A DNA stretch of 64,000 nt from positions 253,472-317,471 of the forward strand of contig JH611157.1 in the NCBI GenBank assembly GCA_000252525.1, read 5' to 3'. Below the pieces are notes generated by a model. It was not told the origin of the DNA, ran no database searches, and saw only the letters and a program-made list of their open reading frames with translations. Position 1 is the stretch's first letter, and every line of letters starts with the position of its first letter. Below, piece after piece: positions 1 to 9,893 of the stretch. The position numbers were made by a program, and so were the translations under genes. This DNA comes from SAR86 cluster bacterium SAR86A (GTDB taxonomy: Bacteria; Pseudomonadota; Gammaproteobacteria; Magnimaribacterales; D2472).

Positions 1-620
1 GAAAGCTTCTCTTTAACAATTTTTTTTGCCAGATCTTCAGCTTCTTTTGAGTCCATTGATGCAAGTAGCTTGGCATGCCCTTTTTCTATCAATCCATCTG
101 AAAGCATATCTAGCACTGATGCTGGAAGGGATAAAATTCTTAATGAGTTTGCAATCGTGCTCCTTGCTTTCCCGGTTGAGCTAGCAACCTCATCTTGTGT
201 AAGGCCAAATTCTCTTTTAAGCCTGTCCAAGCCTCTGGCCTCTTCAACGGGGTTGAGGTCTTCTCTTTGGAGGTTTTCAATTAATGCAGATACCAAGGCA
301 TCTTGATCTTGTTTTTGGTCAACCAAACATGGAATAGATTCTAAACCAGCTCTTTTTGCAGCTCTAAGCCTTCTTTCGCCAGCTATAACCTCGAACTCAT
401 TAAGACCTAATTCTCTGACTAATATTGGAGATAAAACTCCTTGGTTTTTTATTGAGTTGGTAAGTTCTTGGAGTTTAACGTCATCAAAGTTTGATCTTGG
501 TTGAAATCGCCCTGGTTTTATTTTGTTTAAATTTATTTCCTTAACTGTTTTTTGGTTGTTTTGAGACTCACCGAGAAGCGCATCTAAGCCCTTGTTTAAA
601 ATTTTATTATCATCAGACAT
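1..620 (-). CDS. parB: Chromosome partitioning protein ParB (3' end runs off the window)
   Basis: Hand translation from ATG at 620: MSDDNKILNKGLDALLGE...KIKPGRFQPRSNFDDVKLQELTNSIKNQGVLSPILVRE...VIAGERRLRAA (ParB GERRxRA motif). Lies directly after parA. Not in the ORF track. Confidence 0.95.
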   Translation of the reverse strand, partial: MSDDNKILNKGLDALLGESQNNQKTVKEINLNKIKPGRFQPRSNFDDVKLQELTNSIKNQGVLSPILVRELGLNEFEVIAGERRLRAAKRAGLESIPCLVDQKQDQDALVSALIENLQREDLNPVEEARGLDRLKREFGLTQDEVASSTGKARSTIANSLRILSLPASVLDMLSDGLIEKGHAKLLASMDSKEAEDLAKKIVKEKL

Positions 621-1374
621 ATTCAACCCTTCTAATTAGTTCGCCTGCAAGAGCAAGATATGCTTTTGCACCATATGAATTTGGCATATATTTTATCCCA
701 GAAATTCCATGGCTTGGTGCCTCAGCAAGTTTTATGTTTCTTGGGATAAGCGTATTAAAGACTAGGTTTGAAAAATGCTTTTCAAGCTCTTCAGACACCT
801 CTTTTGCAAGATTATTTCTCATGTCAACCATTGTTCTTACAATACCTAAAACCCTATTAGAAGTCATGTTTTTATTAGAAAGGGTTTCAATGGTTTGCAT
901 CAGTCCGGCCACCCCCTCAAGAGAATAGTACTCACATTGAAGTGGTATAAGTGTTCCAGAAGCACAAAAAAGAGCTTCTATTGTTAATTGGTTTAGGGTT
1001 GGTGGGGTATCAATAATTGTATAGTCAAATTTGTTTTCAAAATCAGCCAAACTTTTTGTTAGAAAGCCTTGGTTGTTGTCATTTCTAATGGCCACCTCTA
1101 AGGCTATTAGCCCCTCGTCTCCTGGGATTATTTTATAATCATCTGTGGAGCTCTGTGTGCAATCTTCAAGCGAAACCTGGTCAAAATAGTGGTCGCAAAG
1201 CGTTTTTCTGTTTGCTCCTTCTATTCCGGCAGCTGTTGAAGCGTTGCCTTGGGGGTCTAGATCAATTAAAAGTATTTTTCTTTTGGTTGAGGCCAGGGAA
1301 GCAGCAAGATTAACCGCTGTTGTAGTTTTTCCTACTCCGCCTTTCTGGTTGGCTATTGCAATAATCTTATTCAT
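613..1374 (-). CDS. parA: Chromosome partitioning ATPase ParA/Soj
   Basis: NQKGGVGKTTT deviant Walker A, DLDPQGNA, IPRNIKLAEAPSHG. Confidence 0.96.
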   Translation of the reverse strand: MNKIIAIANQKGGVGKTTTAVNLAASLASTKRKILLIDLDPQGNASTAAGIEGANRKTLCDHYFDQVSLEDCTQSSTDDYKIIPGDEGLIALEVAIRNDNNQGFLTKSLADFENKFDYTIIDTPPTLNQLTIEALFCASGTLIPLQCEYYSLEGVAGLMQTIETLSNKNMTSNRVLGIVRTMVDMRNNLAKEVSEELEKHFSNLVFNTLIPRNIKLAEAPSHGISGIKYMPNSYGAKAYLALAGELIRRVEYV

Positions 1375-1987
1375 TTGGTTTTATTATTACTAAGTTCCTT
1401 TCTCCATTTTTTCCATCCAGCTTGATTATTTCATATGATAGTTGTTTTGTGTTTGTTGTTTCTATTTCGTCTTCTATTTTTTCTTTTTTTCCTTTAAGAA
1501 GAAGGTATTTTGATCTTTTATGAATGTTGTTTTTGGTAATGTTAAGTGTTTTTTTTATGTTAGCAAAAGCCCTGGTTGTTATATAGTCAAAAGAGTCGAG
1601 GTTGTTTTTTTGTATTAGGGTTTTGTTTATGACTTCAATATTATTAAGCTCTAGTGTGTTTATTGTGTTCTTTAAAAAATATGCTTTTTTTCTGCTGCTT
1701 TCGACGAGGTATATTTTGTTCTTGGGTTTTGATATTCCAATAACCATCCCCGGGAAGCCCCCACCAGAACCCAGGTCCATTACACTTTTATTTTCATAGA
1801 TGTGCTCTAAAACAGGTAAGCAGTCTAGTATGTCTTTATTAAAAACCTCTTTTTTGTTGCTTCTAGCAAATATATTGTGTGTCGCATTAAACTCAATTGC
1901 TAAATCGACGTATTTATTGATTTTATTCTTTGTGTTTTGATCAAGTCTTTCAAACAATGTTTTGTTATCAGGCATTTTGTGAAACAA
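1367..1987 (-). CDS. rsmG: 16S rRNA m7G527 methyltransferase RsmG (GidB); true start may be ATG at 1975
   Basis: DLGSGGGFPG SAM motif, ESSRKK, TTRAF; lies between mnmG and parA. Confidence 0.93.
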   Translation of the reverse strand: MFHKMPDNKTLFERLDQNTKNKINKYVDLAIEFNATHNIFARSNKKEVFNKDILDCLPVLEHIYENKSVMDLGSGGGFPGMVIGISKPKNKIYLVESSRKKAYFLKNTINTLELNNIEVINKTLIQKNNLDSFDYITTRAFANIKKTLNITKNNIHKRSKYLLLKGKKEKIEDEIETTNTKQLSYEIIKLDGKNGERNLVIIKPNE

Positions 1988-3815
1988 GTTCTTTCTTTTT
2001 TAAATGAATAAGGATGAGGTTTATTGCAGCTGGTGTAACTCCCTCTATTTGAGAAGCAGCCCCAATTGTTTGTGGCTGTGTTTTGATAAGTTTTTCTTTC
2101 ACCTCATTTGATAGTCCGTGTATTTCTTCATATTTTATGTTTGTTGGTATCTGTTTGTTGTTTTGTTTTTTGGTTTTGTTGATCTCACGAATTTGTTTTT
2201 TTATATAGCCCGAATACTTTATTTCTGTTATCGCTCTTTGGTAAAGTTTTGTGTCTTTTTTGTTGGGTTTGAATAGTTTTTTTTCGTCCACATCATTTCT
2301 GGATAGCAGGCTTGATATGCTTCTTTTTTCTTGGAGTCTAATTTTGGCTCCGTTTTTATCAATAAAAAAATCTTTTTTTAATTTAACAAGGTTGTTTGTA
2401 TAGAACTTTTTATATTCTTTTTCGTTGCTTAAGTATTTATCAACTCTTTCTTTTTTAACTATTCCAATTTCGTTGGCTTTTAAGATCAGTCTTTGTTCTG
2501 CGTTGTTTTGTGAAAGCAGAAGTCTGTGCTCAGCCCTGCTGGTGAACATTCTGTATGGTTCGGTTATACCATGAGATGTTAAATCATTAATTAATACCCC
2601 AATGTAAGCTTCGCTTCTCTCCAAAACAAAATCTTTTAGTTTTTTTATTGAGTTGCTAGCATTTATTCCTGCCATTAATCCTTGTGCTGCCGCTTCTTCG
2701 TATCCAGTTGTTCCATTAATTTGGCCAGCTAGATAAAGGTTTTCGAGATATTTTGTCTCTAGGTTTTGTTTTAGGGTTCTGGGGTCCACAAAGTCATACT
2801 CTACTGCATAGCCATATTCTGTGATTATAGATCTCTCAAGGCCTTTTATAGAAAAAATAAACTCTTGTTGTGCTTTTTTGGGTAGGCTTGTTGATATTCC
2901 GTTTGGATAAACTAAATCTTTGTTAATTCCCTCTGGTTCGATAAAAATTTGGTGGCTGTTTTTGTCTTGAAATTTTCGAACCTTGTCTTCTATTGAGGGG
3001 CAATACCTTGGGCCTATGCCTTTAATTTCACCGGAATACATAGCTGATAAATGAATGTTTTTATTTATTATTTCATGTGTTTTTTTATTAGTTCTAGTTA
3101 TATAACAAGAGAGTTGTTTTTGGTGTTTTTTTGGTGGTGATGCTAGTGACATCCAAGGGGTTGGTTTTTCACCTGGTTGCTCTTCCATATCTAGAAGGTT
3201 GATGCTTGAGAGTTTTATTCTTGCTGGGGTTCCGGTTTTTAATCTGCCCATTGGTAAGTTTAGGGAATATAATCTTTTTGATAGAGGTATGGATGACTCA
3301 TCGCCAATACGCCCTCCTGTTTTGATAATATTTCCTGTATACATTTTCCCATTCAAAAATGTTCCTGTTGTAAGTATTATCTTTTTTGATTTGTAGGTTT
3401 TTGATTTAGTAATTACGCCTTGTGCCTTCTTATTAGTTAATAAAAAATCAACAACTTCGTCTTGAATGATTTTAATGTTTGTTTCTTTGAGAATTTTTTG
3501 TACTGCTTTTTTATAAAGATCTCTATCGCATTGAACTCTCAGGGCTTGAACTGCGTCTCCCTTCCTAGTATTTAAAGTTCTGTATTGGATTCCAGATAGA
3601 TCTGTAGCTCTCCCCATCAAACCGCCCATTGCATCAATCTCTCTAACAATATGAGATTTACCTAATCCACCTATTGCAGGGTTGCATGACATTTGACCAA
3701 TTTTGGTTTGATCCATTGTTATAAGTGCACAAGATAGACCTGAGCGACTTACAGCGAATGCAGCTTCAGCCCCGGCATGACCGCCTCCTACAACTATAAC
3801 GTCAAACTTATCCAT
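1968..3815 (-). CDS. mnmG: tRNA uridine 5-carboxymethylaminomethyl modification enzyme MnmG (GidA)
   Basis: VVGGGHAG FAD motif, MSCNPAIGG, GPRYCPSIEDK, GQINGTTGYEEAAAQG. Confidence 0.98.
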   Translation of the reverse strand: MDKFDVIVVGGGHAGAEAAFAVSRSGLSCALITMDQTKIGQMSCNPAIGGLGKSHIVREIDAMGGLMGRATDLSGIQYRTLNTRKGDAVQALRVQCDRDLYKKAVQKILKETNIKIIQDEVVDFLLTNKKAQGVITKSKTYKSKKIILTTGTFLNGKMYTGNIIKTGGRIGDESSIPLSKRLYSLNLPMGRLKTGTPARIKLSSINLLDMEEQPGEKPTPWMSLASPPKKHQKQLSCYITRTNKKTHEIINKNIHLSAMYSGEIKGIGPRYCPSIEDKVRKFQDKNSHQIFIEPEGINKDLVYPNGISTSLPKKAQQEFIFSIKGLERSIITEYGYAVEYDFVDPRTLKQNLETKYLENLYLAGQINGTTGYEEAAAQGLMAGINASNSIKKLKDFVLERSEAYIGVLINDLTSHGITEPYRMFTSRAEHRLLLSQNNAEQRLILKANEIGIVKKERVDKYLSNEKEYKKFYTNNLVKLKKDFFIDKNGAKIRLQEKRSISSLLSRNDVDEKKLFKPNKKDTKLYQRAITEIKYSGYIKKQIREINKTKKQNNKQIPTNIKYEEIHGLSNEVKEKLIKTQPQTIGAASQIEGVTPAAINLILIHLKKKELVSQNA

Positions 3816-4026
3816 AATTTATTAAATAATAATATCTATATTATATACTTTCTGTTATTTCTATTAGGCTATGTTTTTTTGTTAATAAGGTTTGTTTTTA
3901 CTTAAATATCAATCAAAAAGACCACTAATAACTAACTTAAAAAACTATTTATACAAACACTTAAAAACATTGAACAAACTGTTAGCAATTTAAAAAGCAA
4001 AATATAAACAACAAGATATCTACAGT
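3816..4026. other. oriC: Putative replication origin oriC (mnmG-proximal)
   Basis: AT-rich DUE-like tract next to mnmG ending in TATTAGG; DnaA-box variants TGTTAATAA (3880-3888), TTATACAAA (3949-3957) and ATATCTACA (4016-4024); IHF-like ATCAA at 3908; the strand-composition switch is centred here. Confidence 0.7.
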
Positions 4027-5343
4027 TTATTTACCAATACAAAAAGAGCTAAATATATCGCCTAAAAGAGAGTCAGAAAATTTTTTGCCTAAAATCTCAT
4101 CCAGTCCTGACCTAGCATTTTTTAAATCTTCAGCTACCAACTCCAAGGATTTAGAGTCATTCAACCCTTTTAATGCAATATCGAGATCCTTGGTTACTTG
4201 GTTGAATAATTTTACATGCCTATCTCTAATAAGATATTGAGAGTTTTTATTGTTTTTTTTATTTCTTTCAAAAAAACTAACTACTAAATTTTTTAGAGAA
4301 TTAAATCCTTCCCCGGTTTTTGCAGAAACACAACAATCAAAAAAAGAAGTATCAGACGAATTTATATCTATCTTGTTTTGTATGATAAAAAAAGAACCCT
4401 TATCACACATCTTCTTAAAACTTGAAACAAGAGACGCATCTTTTTTTTCAAAAACACCCAAAACCAAATCCGCATCAGAAATTTTCTTTATAGAAGTTTC
4501 AATACCTTTTTTTTCGATAACATCTTCTGTTTCTCTTATTCCAGCAGAATCAAAGATAGAAAACTTATTTGATTGAAAAAAGACCTCAGAACTAATCATA
4601 TCTCTTGTGGTGCCGTGAGCATCTGTGACTATTGCTCTTTCATAACCAAGCAAACGGTTAAAGATAGATGATTTACCAGAATTAGTTGGGCCAACCAAAA
4701 CAATATTTTTATTATTACTATACTCCCTTTTGTTTATACAAAGAGAAACAAAAGAACCAAAGTCTTCAATAAGCAAAGAAAGATCATTAGATAAAGAGCC
4801 ATCCATAAAATCTTGCCCTTCATCAGAAAAATCAATCTCAGCCTCAACCCTAACCCTTAACGAGTTTATCCTTTCAGAAAAATCTGAGAGTTTTTTAGAT
4901 AGATCGCCAAACAAAGATGCTCCAGAGAGAAAAACCTCTCGCGACGAAGCGCTCTCAATAAAATCAGACAATGACTCGGCCTCGTTAAGGTTAATTTTGT
5001 CGTTTATAAAAGCTCTTTTTGTAAACTCCCCAGGACTTGCTTGATCAAAACCCTTACTATCAAACAAGTCAACAATTAATGACATAACACCAAGAGATCC
5101 ATGGGCATAAACCTCAAACGAGTCTTCACCAGTATAACTCTCTGGACCCTTAAACAAGATCAAACCAACCCTATCTATAAAAGTTTCATTGTTTTTCAAA
5201 TCACACAATAAAAACCTTCTTGGTTGAGGACTATCTAAACCAAAAATTTCAGATATATAATCGTGACAGCCTTCACCAGAGACCCTAAATATACAAATAG
5301 CAGACTTAACAGCTGGGGTAGCTAAAGCATAAACAACAGACAT
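4027..5343 (-). CDS. mnmE: tRNA modification GTPase MnmE (TrmE)
   Basis: GPESYTGED, GPTNSGKSS, GTTRD, DSAGIR, NKID and C-terminal FCIGK. Confidence 0.97.
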   Translation of the reverse strand: MSVVYALATPAVKSAICIFRVSGEGCHDYISEIFGLDSPQPRRFLLCDLKNNETFIDRVGLILFKGPESYTGEDSFEVYAHGSLGVMSLIVDLFDSKGFDQASPGEFTKRAFINDKINLNEAESLSDFIESASSREVFLSGASLFGDLSKKLSDFSERINSLRVRVEAEIDFSDEGQDFMDGSLSNDLSLLIEDFGSFVSLCINKREYSNNKNIVLVGPTNSGKSSIFNRLLGYERAIVTDAHGTTRDMISSEVFFQSNKFSIFDSAGIRETEDVIEKKGIETSIKKISDADLVLGVFEKKDASLVSSFKKMCDKGSFFIIQNKIDINSSDTSFFDCCVSAKTGEGFNSLKNLVVSFFERNKKNNKNSQYLIRDRHVKLFNQVTKDLDIALKGLNDSKSLELVAEDLKNARSGLDEILGKKFSDSLLGDIFSSFCIGK

Positions 5344-5345
5344 GT

Positions 5346-6878
5346 TTAGTCAGCCAACGCGCCACTTTTTTTGTACATATAAGCTTGTTGAATAAGTTGA
5401 ATACCAGTATTAACAACCATATACAAACCCAGCGCTGCCGGCATAACCACAAAAAACATAGAGAATATAACAGGCATATACTTCATAACCTGTGCTTGTG
5501 TTGGATCCATTCCAGCTGGTTGCGGATTCAGTCTTTGAGTCAAGGTCATTAAAATAGCAAATGTAATTGGAAAAATAAAATAAGGGTCTGGCACCGAAAG
5601 ATCAGACCAGATCACAAAATCACTGTGGCGCAGCTCAACCATTTCTCTCAACGCAAAAAAGAAACCTATAAAAAAAGGCATCTGTATTAACACTGGCAGA
5701 CAGCCACCAAGCGGATTCGCCCCATTTTTTTTAAATAGCTTGAGAGTTTCAGCTTGTGTTTTTTGTGGATCGTCTTTGTAACGCTCTTTAATTTCATTCA
5801 GCTCAGGCGTAAGCTTTCTCATTGCCGCCATAGAAGAAAAAGATTTTGCGGTAACAGGCCAAAAAACCAACTTTATTAAAATAGTAAAAATTACAATCGT
5901 TAAGCCCCAATTATCAACATACCCATTAATCCAATCCATTGCCAAAACCATTGGTTGCGCCAAAAACCAAAACCACCCCATTTCAATAGAAAGCTCTAGA
6001 CTATCTGCCTTCTGCATTAAATCTTTTCTAACTTTTGGCCCAACATACAGCCTGTGTTCATGTTCATATACCAGATTGTTTGCAGAGGTGTTCTCAACCG
6101 TGTAACCCATTCTGTATAACCCGCTTTCAGCAGGAAGGGCATAAAAGTTATAAATATAATCACCAGATCCAAGCAGGGCTGCAAAAAAGTATTTTTGAAC
6201 AAAAGCAATCCAACCAGATCTTGATAAATTTTGAACACCACCTTCTTCGATTTGGTTTAGTTTTGTTGTCTCATACGGGGCGCTGTCAGTGCTTATAGCC
6301 ACCCCAAGATAAGAGCCATTATTCATCATACCCCCACTGAGAACATCTGACTTTAGGTCGAGTGGGCGCCCAGCAGTTCTGTAAAGACCGGCAAAAGATT
6401 TTCCGCTTTCCCCGTTTTTTGAAGAATCAAGAATGTTTATTTCATAGTCTTGCGATGACAATGAAACCCTTTTTGTTAAATTTTTTTCAGGATCTTCAAG
6501 AACAACAAAACTATCCCCAACCTCTGACAAGAGATATACAGGATTCATTCCAGTGAAACCGCTTTTAAAGTAGTAATTGAACGCTGTTTCTGTTGAGCTT
6601 CCAAAAACACGAAAACCCAAAGACCCCTTTACATTTTCTACGGGGTACTCTTTTAGTCTTGTTTCTATAATTGAGCCCGTTCTTGTTGCAACCACAACAA
6701 AAAGCTTGTCATTTTCAATTATAGAATACCCGTCCCCATAACCTGAGGTATTAAAAAACTCTGCATAATCAAGGTGACTATCAATAGATTGTTCTCTTTT
6801 TTGTGACGTCCACTCAAAAAGCAACAAACCAGACAAGACAATTATTAGACCCCAGTATATATTTCTTATATTCATCAA
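5346..6878 (-). CDS. yidC: Membrane protein insertase YidC
   Basis: NWGLTIV, NPLGGCLPVLIQMP, WSDLSVPDPYFIFP; canonical position. Confidence 0.96.
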   Translation of the reverse strand: MMNIRNIYWGLIIVLSGLLLFEWTSQKREQSIDSHLDYAEFFNTSGYGDGYSIIENDKLFVVVATRTGSIIETRLKEYPVENVKGSLGFRVFGSSTETAFNYYFKSGFTGMNPVYLLSEVGDSFVVLEDPEKNLTKRVSLSSQDYEINILDSSKNGESGKSFAGLYRTAGRPLDLKSDVLSGGMMNNGSYLGVAISTDSAPYETTKLNQIEEGGVQNLSRSGWIAFVQKYFFAALLGSGDYIYNFYALPAESGLYRMGYTVENTSANNLVYEHEHRLYVGPKVRKDLMQKADSLELSIEMGWFWFLAQPMVLAMDWINGYVDNWGLTIVIFTILIKLVFWPVTAKSFSSMAAMRKLTPELNEIKERYKDDPQKTQAETLKLFKKNGANPLGGCLPVLIQMPFFIGFFFALREMVELRHSDFVIWSDLSVPDPYFIFPITFAILMTLTQRLNPQPAGMDPTQAQVMKYMPVIFSMFFVVMPAALGLYMVVNTGIQLIQQAYMYKKSGALAD

Positions 6879-7180
6879 GATATTTTTTTTATTTCCTCTA
6901 TAGCTTCTTGTATCTCTTTGTTTGCATTTTCATATGATAACTCTGCAAATGGCCTAAATACAGAAAAAACAAAGCCATTACTTAAAAAATCACTATAGCC
7001 ATTTTTTCTTATAATTTCTTTTATCCTCCTCTTTATTTTATTTCTATCAACAGCAAGCTTAAAATATTTTTTTGATATAGATACCTCAAAGCCATCACCA
7101 TTATCTTTTTTTAAAACACGGAAGCTCTTACAAGAAAACAATTTTGTAAGGTTTGGGTTTTTTTTCTTTGGATTTCGCAA
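6875..7180 (-). CDS. rnpA: Ribonuclease P protein component
   Basis: ISKK..LAVDRNKIKRRIKE (RNR-like motif); lies between rpmH and yidC; divergent N-terminus. Confidence 0.85.
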   Translation of the reverse strand: MRNPKKKNPNLTKLFSCKSFRVLKKDNGDGFEVSISKKYFKLAVDRNKIKRRIKEIIRKNGYSDFLSNGFVFSVFRPFAELSYENANKEIQEAIEEIKKIS

Positions 7181-7181
7181 T

Positions 7182-7316
7182 CTAGGCGCTTAAGACTTTG
7201 CGGCCTTTTTTTCTTCTGTTTGAAAGAACCGCTCTCCCTGCTTTTGTAGACATTCTTGCCCTAAAACCATGGGTTCTTTTTCTTTTCAAATTGCTCGGTT
7301 GAAATGTTCTTTTCAT
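7182..7316 (-). CDS. rpmH: 50S ribosomal protein L34
   Basis: Hand translation [44 protein letters not shown]; not in the ORF track. Confidence 0.98.
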   Translation of the reverse strand: MKRTFQPSNLKRKRTHGFRARMSTKAGRAVLSNRRKKGRKVLSA

Positions 7317-7403
7317 AATATAGGCCTTAAAGTGGAAAGAATTATATCTTAATATGTTTTTAAGTACACATAAAAGCTGAACATTTTTATAATTTTTTTA
7401 TAT

Positions 7404-7452
7404 ACAAGTTATCCACAGAAAATTCTATAATTTATCCTGTAGATATCTTGTT
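7404..7452. promoter_or_regulatory. Inverted pair of DnaA boxes in the rpmH-dnaA intergenic region
   Basis: Perfect TTATCCACA at 7409-7417 and an oppositely oriented variant TGTAGATAT at 7438-7446, both within an ACAAG...ACAG extended context. Confidence 0.8.
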
Positions 7453-7493
7453 AATTTTTTAATAGACTATCAAAACTAACTAGGGAGAAAATA

Positions 7494-8789
7494 TTGGAAC
7501 TGTGGAACAAATGCTCTGAAAAGCTTGAAAATACGCTTTCTCAAGAAGATTTCAATACATGGATCAGACCCTTAAAAGCCTCGCAAGAAAAAAACACATT
7601 AGAATTGGTGGCCCCAAATGATTTCATCCTAAATTATATTGAAAAAAATTTTGCAAAAGAAATAAAAACTCTAGTCAAATCAAATTCAAAAAAAAACATT
7701 AATCTGGTTTTTAAAACCCTTACTAAAGAGACATTTGTCGATAAATATCAAAATACATCTAAAAATGCAGAAATAAAGCTTGTAGATGGCTACACTTTTG
7801 ATAATTTTGTTGAAGGTAAATCAAATCACCTTGCACTTGCGGCTGCAAAACAAGTAGCAGCAAACCCTAAGGGAGACTACAATCCTCTATTTATCTATGG
7901 CGGTGTTGGTCTTGGTAAGACCCATTTAATGCATGCTGTTGGCAATCAAATATTAAAAAACGAACCAAAGAAAAGAATTGTTTATGTGCACTCTGAGAAA
8001 TTTGTTTCTGATATGGTTAAGGCCCTTCAACTAGGCGCAATGAATGAGTTTAAGTCTTTTTATAGGAATGCTGACGCCCTTTTAATTGATGATATTCAAT
8101 TTTTTGCAGGCAAAGAGCAGTCTCAGGAAGAGTTTTTTCATACTTTTAACGCCCTCCTTGATAGAAACAACCAAATGATTTTAACTTGTGACAAATATCC
8201 AAAGGAAATTGATGGTCTTGAAGAAAGACTAAAATCAAGGCTTGGATGGGGTCTGCCGGTTGTAATAGACCCACCTGAACTTGAAACCAGGGCAGCGGTT
8301 TTATTAAATAAAGCCAATACAATGGGTGTTGTTTTACCGAATGACTGTGCGATTTATATAGCGCAAAGAATAAGATCAAACATAAGAGAGCTTGAAGGAG
8401 CTCTCAAGAGAGTGGTTGCCAATGCAAGATTTACCAATCAAGAAATTGATTTAGCCTTGGTTAAAGATGCTTTGAAAGACCTTTTTGTTATTTCTGCAAA
8501 AATGGTTAGCATTGAGAATATTCAAAAAACTGTTGCTGAGTATTACAATATAAAACTATCTGATTTACTTTCAAAAAGAAGAAGCAGGTCGATAACAAGA
8601 CCAAGACAAATGGCAATGGCTCTGACAAAACAACTAACAAACCACAGCTTACCCGAAATTGGTGAGGCCTTTAATGGTCGTGATCACACCACAGTTTTGC
8701 ACGCTTGTAAAAAAATAACCGATTTAAGAAAAGAAAGCCCCTCACATGAAGAGGATTACAGAAATCTTAATAGGGCGCTTACCAATTAA
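7494..8789 (+). CDS. dnaA: Chromosomal replication initiator DnaA (TTG start)
   Basis: [42 protein letters not shown]. Confidence 0.98.
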   Translation: MELWNKCSEKLENTLSQEDFNTWIRPLKASQEKNTLELVAPNDFILNYIEKNFAKEIKTLVKSNSKKNINLVFKTLTKETFVDKYQNTSKNAEIKLVDGYTFDNFVEGKSNHLALAAAKQVAANPKGDYNPLFIYGGVGLGKTHLMHAVGNQILKNEPKKRIVYVHSEKFVSDMVKALQLGAMNEFKSFYRNADALLIDDIQFFAGKEQSQEEFFHTFNALLDRNNQMILTCDKYPKEIDGLEERLKSRLGWGLPVVIDPPELETRAAVLLNKANTMGVVLPNDCAIYIAQRIRSNIRELEGALKRVVANARFTNQEIDLALVKDALKDLFVISAKMVSIENIQKTVAEYYNIKLSDLLSKRRSRSITRPRQMAMALTKQLTNHSLPEIGEAFNGRDHTTVLHACKKITDLRKESPSHEEDYRNLNRALTN

Positions 8790-9892
8790 TGGATTTTTAT
8801 ATATTAAAAGAAGAGATTGTTAAATCTCTCAACCTTACCCTGGGCGTTGTTGAAAAAAGACAAACTCTACCCATATTGTCTAATGTTTTAATTGAGGTAG
8901 ATGAGTCATCCCTAAAACTAACCGCAACTGACCTAGAAAGCGAAATTTCAACAACTTCAACAATTTCGAACTTCAATAGTGGTGGCAAAACTACCGCGCC
9001 AGCAAGAAAACTTAGTGATTTATGTAGATTGTTGCCAGATATGGCTGAAATACACTTTTTTCTAGATGGAGATAATTTAAAAATTGAGTCAGGTTCTGGT
9101 AAATATAATCTATCAACTCTTCCAAGTGATGACTTCCCAGTGTTTGAGTTTGAGGATTCACAAGGACAGATAAACATCTCTTCAGAAAACTTAAAAACTA
9201 TAATAATGAAGACATCTTTTGCAATGGGCAACCAAGACTGGCGGCATTATTTAAATGGTTTATTCATATCAATTGATGATAAAAATATTACATCAGTTGC
9301 AACAGATGCCCACAGACTGGCTTTAGCTTCTTCCACCCTCAATGAAGCGTCTATGGAAACTACTGACGGAATCGTTCCAAGAAAATCGATTAATGAAATC
9401 GGAAAGTTAGTAGGTGACAACTCTGAAAATGTTCTTATTAAAATTTCGCAATCATCTATTTTGGTTGAGGCGGCTGGAACAAAATTTGTAAGTAAATTAA
9501 TTGAGGGCAAATTCCCAGACTATGAACAAGTTATACCAACTGGTGAAAGCTCACTTCTTGTAATAGATAGAAAAAACTTTTCAGATAGTCTTAGCAGGGT
9601 AAGTGTATTGTCAAGTGAAAAATATAAAGGGGTAAGGATAATAACAAAGAAAAATTCGCTCAATATTTCTGCCAATAATCCTGAGAAGGAGCAAGGCGAA
9701 GAAGTTGTTGCGTGTGAATATAGTGGTGAAGAAATTGATATAGCTTTTAATGTCAATTATCTGCAGGAAATTTTATCCACCATAGACTCTGAAAAAATTG
9801 AAATTAATTTTTTTGGTTCTGAAAAAAGTTGTTTGATAACAGATCCAAATTCAGAAAATTTAAAATATGTTGTAATGCCACTACTAATATAA
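8789..9892 (+). CDS. dnaN: DNA polymerase III beta clamp
   Basis: QTLPILSN, ATDAHRLA, KLIEGKFPDY, YVVMPL. Confidence 0.98.
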   Translation: MDFYILKEEIVKSLNLTLGVVEKRQTLPILSNVLIEVDESSLKLTATDLESEISTTSTISNFNSGGKTTAPARKLSDLCRLLPDMAEIHFFLDGDNLKIESGSGKYNLSTLPSDDFPVFEFEDSQGQINISSENLKTIIMKTSFAMGNQDWRHYLNGLFISIDDKNITSVATDAHRLALASSTLNEASMETTDGIVPRKSINEIGKLVGDNSENVLIKISQSSILVEAAGTKFVSKLIEGKFPDYEQVIPTGESSLLVIDRKNFSDSLSRVSVLSSEKYKGVRIITKKNSLNISANNPEKEQGEEVVACEYSGEEIDIAFNVNYLQEILSTIDSEKIEINFFGSEKSCLITDPNSENLKYVVMPLLI

Positions 9893-9893
9893 A

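Noticed and set aside
1972-1987. parS-like half site (TGTTTCAC on the minus strand) at the mnmG/rsmG junction
   Set aside because: Only one arm matches and the second half (AAAATGCC) is not palindromic; at most a relic.
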